The notes below the pieces were generated by a model. The model was not told the DNA's origin. It saw only the letters and a program-made list of their open reading frames with translations, and ran no database searches. 44,586 nucleotides of DNA from contig JBDQKM010000003.1 in NCBI GenBank assembly GCA_040263275.1, forward strand, positions 1 to 44,586. The letters are read 5' to 3'. Origin of the DNA: Acidimicrobiales bacterium (lineage in GTDB: Bacteria > Actinomycetota > Acidimicrobiia > Acidimicrobiales > Aldehydirespiratoraceae). The stretch's first letter is position 1; each line of letters opens with the position of its first letter. The translations under genes and the position numbers were made by a program. Below, in pieces: positions 38,256 through 44,586 of the stretch.

Positions 38256-41200
38256 CCTTCTCGCGGGTGCCGACCTGCTGGGCGAAGGTGGCCAGCCGGA
38301 ATTCCTCGAGCTGCCAGTTGATCTCCTCGAGTTCGAGCGACGGCGGCAGCGACTCGGCGTAGCGGTCGAACTCCTCCTCGAGCCCTCGGCACCGCAGCAT
38401 CATTCCCCGGTCCTGGGTCACCCGGTCGGGCAGCTTGTCGAGCCGAACCCGCATTCCTTCGAGATAGCGGGCGACGTCGGGCAGTCGGTGGGCGCCGACG
38501 AGAGTGAGGTGGCCGGCGTACACGAGCCGATCGAGCTGCGCCTGCATGTCGAGCATCGCCGGATGCAGCGCGGACGCGACGGGCTTGGCCAGATCACGTC
38601 GCAGCGCGGCCGCCGAGACGAGTACCGCAACGGCCCGACGGCCGATCTCGTCGACCGCGGCCGGCAGACCGGCACGCACCTGCTCCGAGAGACGCACGAA
38701 GTCGGCCTCGCTCCAGACCGGACCACCCGCCTCGCCCAGGAGGTGGGAGAAGATCGCGTCAGCGGCGTCGTTCACCCAGACGAGCTTCGAGCCGTGCGGA
38801 CTCGACGCCAGCGCGAGGGTGGCGCGGTTGTCGAACAGGTCGTTGAGCATCCGCGCCGATCCCCCGACGTTGAGGCGCAGGAGCCGGACGGTCCCCGTCC
38901 ACATCGCCTCGTGCTGCTGGTCCTCGTCGGGGAAGAGCTGCACGCCGACGCTCTCCAATTCGTCGACGAGGGCGGGGAAGGCGTCGACCTCCTGGCCGGC
39001 CGCGACGGTGCGGACGCGGCGGGGAAGCGAGCCGAAGGCCCACTTCTTCTCTCCCGAACGAACGATCTCGTGGCGGCCGTCCTCGAGCTCCTCGCTGACC
39101 TGCGCGGCCAGTCGGGCCCTGATCGAGGCGAGGTCGCGGCTCTCGGCGAACACCTCGCCGCCGGGACGGACCACGCGATAGATCGGTCGGAGATGCTTCG
39201 GCAACCGAGCCAGGTCGAGGGCGCCGACCGGCACACCGTCGCCGCCGAGTTCCAGCAGGGCTTGGCGGACCTGTCCGACCAGGTCGCCGTCGCCCGGCCG
39301 GAGCAGCGGCATGAGGCGATCGACCGTCTCGGGTATCGGCACGAACGAACGGCGGACGTCCTTCGGCATCGAGCGGAGCAAGGCGGTCACCAATTCGTGG
39401 CGGAGGCCGGGCACGTTCCAGTCGAAGTCGCCCACATCGACGCGGTCCACCAGGGCCAGGGGCACCGTCACCGTCACGCCGTCGTTGGCCGACGTCTCGT
39501 CGAACTCGTAGTCGAGTGCGAACTCGACGTCGCCCGCCACCCATTGATCGGGGAACGACTCGGCGTCGGCATCGACCTCGGCGGTGTCGAAGATGTCGTC
39601 GAGGTGCAGATCGAGCAGATGAGGGTCGCGTGCTCGCCGCTTGTTCCACCAGCGGTCGAAATCGGCCCCCGACGTGACCTTCTCCCCGAGCCGCCGATCG
39701 TAGAAGTCGAAGAGGACCTCGTACTCGACGAACACGTCACGTCGTTGCCGGGCCCCCATCTTGCGCACCTCGTCGAGCACTCGCTCGTTCTGGAGGAAGA
39801 ACTCGTGGTGCGTCTCCCACTCGCCCTCGATCAGCGCATGGTGGATGAACAGCTCACGGGCGACGGCGGGGTCGACCCGTCGGTAGTGCACTCGCCGACC
39901 GGCCACCAGCGGCACACCGTAGAGCGTGGCCCGCTCGATGGTCATCGCCGACCCCTTCTCGGCATCCCAGTCCGGTTCCTCGTAGGTCCGCTTGATCACA
40001 TGGTCGCCGGCCCGCTCCGCCCATTCGGGTTGGATACGGGCCGCGCTGTGGGCCCAGAGCCGGTTGGTCTCGACCAGCTCACCGGCCATCACCCAGTTGG
40101 GCGGCTTCTTCGCGAGCGCCGAGCTGCGACTGAGCACGAACCTCGCATTGCGACCGCCCGTGTACTCACTGCCGGTCGCATCCTTCAGCCCGATGTGGGA
40201 CAGCAGGCCGGTGAGGAGGCACTGGTGCACGAGGTCGGGCTTCGCCGGTTCGGCGTTGACCGTCCACCGCTGGGACTTCGCCGTGCGCTCGAGCTGACGG
40301 ACGATGTCCCACCATTCCCGGATGCGGTTGTGGTTGAGAAACTCCTTCTTGCACATCCGCCGGAATCCACTGCCGGAACGGTCTCGACGCTCGGTTTCGA
40401 GGTAGTCCCACAGGTTCAACCACGTCAGGAAGTCGGATCCGGGCTCGTTGAACCGGGCGTGGAACGGGGCGGCGGCATCACGTTTCTCGCTGGGCCGCTC
40501 GCGCGGATCCTGGACCGACATGGCCGCGGTGATGATCATCACCTCACGGAGACAGCCGCTCCCCGCCCCCGCGATCACCATGCGGCCGAACCGCGGATCG
40601 ATCGGCATGCGAGCCAGCTGTCGTCCGATCGGGGTCAGCCACTTGCGGGTTCCTTCGGCACCGGGGTGGACGGCGTCGAGCTCTTCGAGCAGGGCGATGC
40701 CGTCACGGATGTTGCGCAGTTCGGGGGGATCGACGAAGGGGAACGTCTCGATGTCGCCGAGGCCGAGCGATGCCATCTGGAGAATGACCGAGGCCAGATT
40801 GGTGCGGGTGATCTCGGGCTCGGTGAACTCGGGGCGGTCGGCGAAGTTCTGTTCGGAGTAGAGGCGGATCGCGATGCCGGGCGCCACGCGGCCGCACCGG
40901 CCCGACCGCTGGTTGGCGCTCGCCTGCGAGATCTCCTCGATAGGTAGGCGCTGCACCTTCGTGCGATTGCTGTAGCGGCTGATCCGAGCGGTCCCGGCAT
41001 CGATCACGTAGCGGATGCCGGGAACGGTCAGCGACGTCTCGGCCACGTTGGTCGCCACCACGATGCGCCGGGCGTCGCGGCGTGACCGGTCGAACACCCG
41101 GTGTTGCTCGGCGGCCGAGAGGCGCCCGTAGAGGGCCACCACCTCGGTGTTGCGCAGCCGGGCGTCACCGAGGGCATCGCTGGCTTCGCGGATCTCGCGC

Positions 41201-41925
41201 TCGCCGCTGCAGAAGACGAGGATGTCGCCGGACCCCTCCCGCTCGAGCTCGTGCACCGCGTCGACGATCGCCTCGGTCTGCGTGAGTGCTTCGCCGGTGT
41301 CCGCGTCCTCGGGTGGTCGGTAGCGGACCTCCACCGGATACGTCCGACCCGACACCTCGATGATGGGTGCGTCGTCGAAGTGCTCGGAGAACCTCGCCGT
41401 GTCGATCGTGGCCGAGGTGATGATCACCTTGAGATCGGGCCGGGTGGGCAGGAGCTGACGCAGGTAGCCGAGGAGGAAGTCGATGTTGAGACTGCGCTCG
41501 TGGGCCTCGTCGACGATGATCGTCGAGTAGGCCGACAGTGAACGGTCGTGCTGCATCTCGGCGAGCAGGATCCCGTCGGTCATGGCCTTGATGGCGGTCT
41601 TCTTCGACACCTTGTCGGTGAAGCGCACCTTGTAGCCGACCAGCCCGCCGACCTCGTCGCCGAGCTCTTCGGCCACACGCTCGGCGATGGAACGGGCGGC
41701 GATCCGGCGGGGCTGGGTGTGACCGATCCACCCCGTGTGGTGCAGCCCGAGCTCGACGCACATCTTCGGGAGCTGCGTGCTCTTGCCGGAGCCGGTCTCG
41801 CCCGCCACGACGACCACCTGGTGATCGCGAATGGCGGCCAGCAACTCGTCGCGACGTTCCGCGATGGGGAGTTCGGACGGATACGTGACCTCGATGGGCG
41901 CCGGGGCGGGCTCGGCGGAGTCCAT
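38215..41925 (-). CDS. hrpA: ATP-dependent RNA helicase HrpA
   Basis: GETGSGKSTQLPK, HTQPRRIAARS, DEAHERSLNIDF, SATID, TNVAETSLTVPGI, QRSGRCGR, long DUF3418-like C-terminus (EEFR..FAQQVGT...SEKRI). Confidence 0.96.
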   Translation of the reverse strand: MDSAEPAPAPIEVTYPSELPIAERRDELLAAIRDHQVVVVAGETGSGKSTQLPKMCVELGLHHTGWIGHTQPRRIAARSIAERVAEELGDEVGGLVGYKVRFTDKVSKKTAIKAMTDGILLAEMQHDRSLSAYSTIIVDEAHERSLNIDFLLGYLRQLLPTRPDLKVIITSATIDTARFSEHFDDAPIIEVSGRTYPVEVRYRPPEDADTGEALTQTEAIVDAVHELEREGSGDILVFCSGEREIREASDALGDARLRNTEVVALYGRLSAAEQHRVFDRSRRDARRIVVATNVAETSLTVPGIRYVIDAGTARISRYSNRTKVQRLPIEEISQASANQRSGRCGRVAPGIAIRLYSEQNFADRPEFTEPEITRTNLASVILQMASLGLGDIETFPFVDPPELRNIRDGIALLEELDAVHPGAEGTRKWLTPIGRQLARMPIDPRFGRMVIAGAGSGCLREVMIITAAMSVQDPRERPSEKRDAAAPFHARFNEPGSDFLTWLNLWDYLETERRDRSGSGFRRMCKKEFLNHNRIREWWDIVRQLERTAKSQRWTVNAEPAKPDLVHQCLLTGLLSHIGLKDATGSEYTGGRNARFVLSRSSALAKKPPNWVMAGELVETNRLWAHSAARIQPEWAERAGDHVIKRTYEEPDWDAEKGSAMTIERATLYGVPLVAGRRVHYRRVDPAVARELFIHHALIEGEWETHHEFFLQNERVLDEVRKMGARQRRDVFVEYEVLFDFYDRRLGEKVTSGADFDRWWNKRRARDPHLLDLHLDDIFDTAEVDADAESFPDQWVAGDVEFALDYEFDETSANDGVTVTVPLALVDRVDVGDFDWNVPGLRHELVTALLRSMPKDVRRSFVPIPETVDRLMPLLRPGDGDLVGQVRQALLELGGDGVPVGALDLARLPKHLRPIYRVVRPGGEVFAESRDLASIRARLAAQVSEELEDGRHEIVRSGEKKWAFGSLPRRVRTVAAGQEVDAFPALVDELESVGVQLFPDEDQQHEAMWTGTVRLLRLNVGGSARMLNDLFDNRATLALASSPHGSKLVWVNDAADAIFSHLLGEAGGPVWSEADFVRLSEQVRAGLPAAVDEIGRRAVAVLVSAAALRRDLAKPVASALHPAMLDMQAQLDRLVYAGHLTLVGAHRLPDVARYLEGMRVRLDKLPDRVTQDRGMMLRCRGLEEEFDRYAESLPPSLELEEINWQLEEFRLATFAQQVGTREKVSEKRIRSALRAL

Positions 41926-41978
41926 CAGAGCAGTGTGGTGGGCGAGCCTCTGGGCGACAACCGGGGCGGACGTCGCGA

Positions 41979-42926
41979 CTAGTGCACTCCCGCCGCCCCG
42001 TCGTCGCGGGACGGGAGCCGCTCGACGACGGTGGCGACGATCGCTCCCACGACCAGGCCGACGACGGCGGAGATACCGGTGTTCACCAGCCACTCGAGCA
42101 CGCCACCGATCGAGCCGACGTCGTGGACCTGCTTCTCGACGTCGTGCACGAGGTCGTAGGGCCAGTGCCATCCGAGCTCATCGGACCCCACGAGCAGGAT
42201 GTGGCCGCCGACCCAGAGCATGGCCGCGGTGCCGATGACCGACAGCGCCGTGAGCAGCTTGGGCATGCCGGCCACGAGGCCGCGCCCGATCCGTTGCGAC
42301 GACTCCGACTCGCGCTGGGCCAGGGTGAGGCCGACGTCGTCCATCTTCACGATGAGACCGACCATCCCGTAGACGATCAGGGTGATGAAGAGGGCGACCA
42401 CGACGAGGATCACGGCCCTCGCGAACAGCCCCTCGTCGATCACCTCCTTGAGCGCGATCACCATGATCTCGGCCGACAGGATGAAGTCGGTGCGGATCGC
42501 TCCGGCAATCGTCGCCTTCTCCGCCTCGGGACCCTTGAGCGTCGCGGGAACGTCGTGGTCGTGGTCGTCGTGGCGGAGCGCGTGGATGACCTTGTGGGCG
42601 CCCTCGTAGCAGAGGAACGTGCCGCCGATCATGAGGATGATCTCGACGAGGGTGGGCGCCACCTCGCTGAGGAAGAGCGCAGTCGGGAGGATGAACAGCA
42701 GCTTGTTGCGGATCGATCCGGTGGCGATCTTCTTGATGATCGGCAGCTCGCGATCGGCCGCCAACCCGTGCACGTAGGTGGGAGTGACCGCGGTGTCGTC
42801 GACGACCACGCCGGCCGCCTTCATACTCGCCCGCCCGGCGGCTGCCCCGACGTCGTCCAACGACGCGGCCGCGAGTTTGGCGAGCGCGGCGACGTCATCG
42901 AGCAGCCCGACCAGACCACCAGCCAT
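41979..42926 (-). CDS. DUF808 family inner-membrane protein (YedI-like)
   Basis: LLDDVAAL, KAAGVVVDDTAVTP, RELPII, GAIRTDFILSAEIMVI, LIVKMDDVG, GTAAMLWVGGHIL. Confidence 0.92.
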   Translation of the reverse strand: MAGGLVGLLDDVAALAKLAAASLDDVGAAAGRASMKAAGVVVDDTAVTPTYVHGLAADRELPIIKKIATGSIRNKLLFILPTALFLSEVAPTLVEIILMIGGTFLCYEGAHKVIHALRHDDHDHDVPATLKGPEAEKATIAGAIRTDFILSAEIMVIALKEVIDEGLFARAVILVVVALFITLIVYGMVGLIVKMDDVGLTLAQRESESSQRIGRGLVAGMPKLLTALSVIGTAAMLWVGGHILLVGSDELGWHWPYDLVHDVEKQVHDVGSIGGVLEWLVNTGISAVVGLVVGAIVATVVERLPSRDDGAAGVH

Positions 42927-43007
42927 GTGCACCCCTCTGCTCGGAAACGAACCCGAAGGCTAGCGGTTGGCGACGAGTCCGCCGGTCCGGTCGGGTACGT
43001 TCAGTCG

Positions 43008-43778
43008 ATGTCCTCCGCCGCCCGTCAGCGTCGTCCGCCTCGTCTCGCCGAGGAAGTCGCCAACGATCTGCGCGGCCGGATTCTGGGCGGCGAGTTCTCC
43101 GACGGCGACATGCTTCCGATCCAGGAAGAACTGGTCGGACACTACGGCGTCAGCCTTCCGTCGGTCCGAGAGGGCCTTCGGGTGCTGGAAACCGAGGGCC
43201 TCATCACTGTGCGGCGTGGCAAGGTCGGAGGCTCGATCGTGCAGCTCCCGCGATCGGAGACGGTCGCCTACACCGTGGGCCTCGTCCTCGAATCCCGGCA
43301 GACCGAGGTCGACGAGCTGGTCGCCGCCATGGCGAAGCTGGGCCCCTTGTGCGTCCGAGCGTGCGCCGAACGCCCCGACCGCCTCACCGAGGTCGTACCC
43401 GCGCTGGAGACGATCCATCGCGAGTCCGTCGACGCGGTCGACGACCCACCGACGTTCGCCCTGCTCGCCCGTCGATTCCACGAGGAACTGGTGACCCGCT
43501 GCGGGAGCGAACCGCTCGCAGTCCTCGTCGGCGCCCTCGAATCACTCTGGTCGGGGCAGGTCGCGGCGGCCGGCGAGGCGATCGACTTCGGCGCGCTCCC
43601 TGAAGTGGAGATGCGAAGGGATTCACTCGAGGAGCACCGAACCATCCTCGACCACATCATCGCCGGCGACGGCGAGGGCGCTGAGCAGGCGGCCCACCGA
43701 CACCAGGCCGACCCCCAACGCCACACCCTTCTCGGACGAGGCATCACCGTCTCGGCGACTCCCCTGCGCGACCTCTAG
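43008..43778 (+). CDS. GntR/FadR family transcriptional regulator (FCD domain)
   Basis: LRGRILGGEF..GDMLP...LV..YGVS..SVREGLRVLETEGLI..RRGKVGG, FHEELV, EEHRTIL. -10 TACGTT lies 6 nt before the ATG. Confidence 0.92.
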   Translation: MSSAARQRRPPRLAEEVANDLRGRILGGEFSDGDMLPIQEELVGHYGVSLPSVREGLRVLETEGLITVRRGKVGGSIVQLPRSETVAYTVGLVLESRQTEVDELVAAMAKLGPLCVRACAERPDRLTEVVPALETIHRESVDAVDDPPTFALLARRFHEELVTRCGSEPLAVLVGALESLWSGQVAAAGEAIDFGALPEVEMRRDSLEEHRTILDHIIAGDGEGAEQAAHRHQADPQRHTLLGRGITVSATPLRDL

Positions 43779-44584
43779 CCCGGCGAGAACCGTTCGCGAA
43801 GCACGTGCTTGCGGATCTTCCCGGAAGCGGTGGCCGGGAGTTCGTCGAGGATCTCGAGCGCTTCCGGCAACTTGTACGACGCCAGGCCCGACCCGCGGAG
43901 CCGCTCGACCATCGACTCGAGAGTCAACTGAGCGCCGGCCCGCAGCGTCACGAAGGCACAGGACCGCTCCCCGAGCCTCGGGTCGTCGAGTCCCACCACC
44001 GCGCAGCGTTCGACCTCGTCGAACTCGAGGATCAGCTCCTCGATCTCGCGTGGCGCGATGTTGAGGCCACCGCGGATGATGATCTCCTTCTTGCGGCCGA
44101 CGATGGAGATCGACCCGTCGGGCCCGATCACGCCGAGATCGCCGCTGCGCACCCAGTTGCCGTCGAGGAACGTGGCCTTGGTCCGGTCCGGATCATGGAA
44201 GTACCCGAGTGCGTTCTGCGGGCTCTGCACCTCGATCTCGCCGGGCTGGCCGGAGTCGCACAGCGAGCCGTCGTCGGCCCGGGTCCGCACCGCCACGCCG
44301 GGGAGAGGCTGTCCGTCGGTGTCGAGACGATTGTGGAGCGGCAGCTCGGGCCGATTGCACGACACGACCAGCGCTTCCGTCGAGCCGTAGAGCCGCAGCA
44401 CGCCGATACCGAGCCCACCGGCGGCCGACACCAACTCCGGCGGGACCGCGGCACCACCGCAGGCGAAGTGGGTGAGCTCCGGCAGCGTCTCGCCCCGCCG
44501 TTGCAGCTCATCGACGAGATCCTGGAGGAAGGTCGTGGCCGCCAGGGTGTAGGAGGCTCCGAAGCGGCGGACGAGCGAGATCGC
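43775..44584 (-). CDS. AMP-binding acyl-CoA synthetase (cyclohexanecarboxylate-CoA ligase-like), 5'-partial
   Basis: FACGGAAVP, RLYGSTE, SGDLG, GRKKEIIIRGGLNI, LPATASGKIRK; frame is open to the window end. Confidence 0.9.
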   Translation of the reverse strand, partial: AISLVRRFGASYTLAATTFLQDLVDELQRRGETLPELTHFACGGAAVPPELVSAAGGLGIGVLRLYGSTEALVVSCNRPELPLHNRLDTDGQPLPGVAVRTRADDGSLCDSGQPGEIEVQSPQNALGYFHDPDRTKATFLDGNWVRSGDLGVIGPDGSISIVGRKKEIIIRGGLNIAPREIEELILEFDEVERCAVVGLDDPRLGERSCAFVTLRAGAQLTLESMVERLRGSGLASYKLPEALEILDELPATASGKIRKHVLRERFSPG

Positions 44585-44586
44585 GA

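Noticed and set aside
38488-40947. Long antisense or alternative-frame ORFs (e.g. 38488..40947+, 2398..4092+, 5789..7276+, 21801..23906+, 18021..19835-)
   Set aside because: These are shadow ORFs expected from high GC3. They have no recognisable motifs and each overlaps a well-supported gene.

Overview
High-GC actinobacterial chromosomal segment, probably Acidimicrobiia (inferred from codon usage, gene content and many leaderless promoters). It is densely coding, with about 47 CDS and no rRNA, tRNA, CRISPR, transposase or phage genes that I can recognise. Contents from left to right: a membrane-anchored alkaline-phosphatase/sulfatase-superfamily protein split by a frameshift; a glcDEF-like operon with a HI0933-family flavoprotein; a sterol desaturase-family gene; tauD plus a D-cysteine desulfhydrase-like gene, divergent from a DUF1214 + sulfotransferase pair; SDRs, a hydrolase, an APH kinase and an ABM protein; DsbB plus a thioredoxin-like protein; an amphi-Trp protein; an unannotated 49-aa membrane peptide behind a consensus promoter; FAD oxidase, TauD, TetR and a CYP130-like P450; a surface-glycan cluster (three GT2, Wzm/Wzt, GT39, JmjC) in which two convergent genes are truncated at one junction (~27020); a KhtTU-like K+/H+ antiporter; an atypical SUF locus (sufR divergent from fdx-sufB-sufC-sufD-sufT, no sufS/U/E); pirin/MarR with a perfect operator palindrome; hrpA, DUF808, GntR and a partial acyl-CoA ligase. 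I see no unambiguous new system. The best leads are the SUF locus, the 49-aa peptide, the membrane-anchored JmjC in the glycan cluster, the DUF1214/sulfotransferase/TauD block and the CYP130 neighbourhood. All family calls come from motif recognition without database searches.
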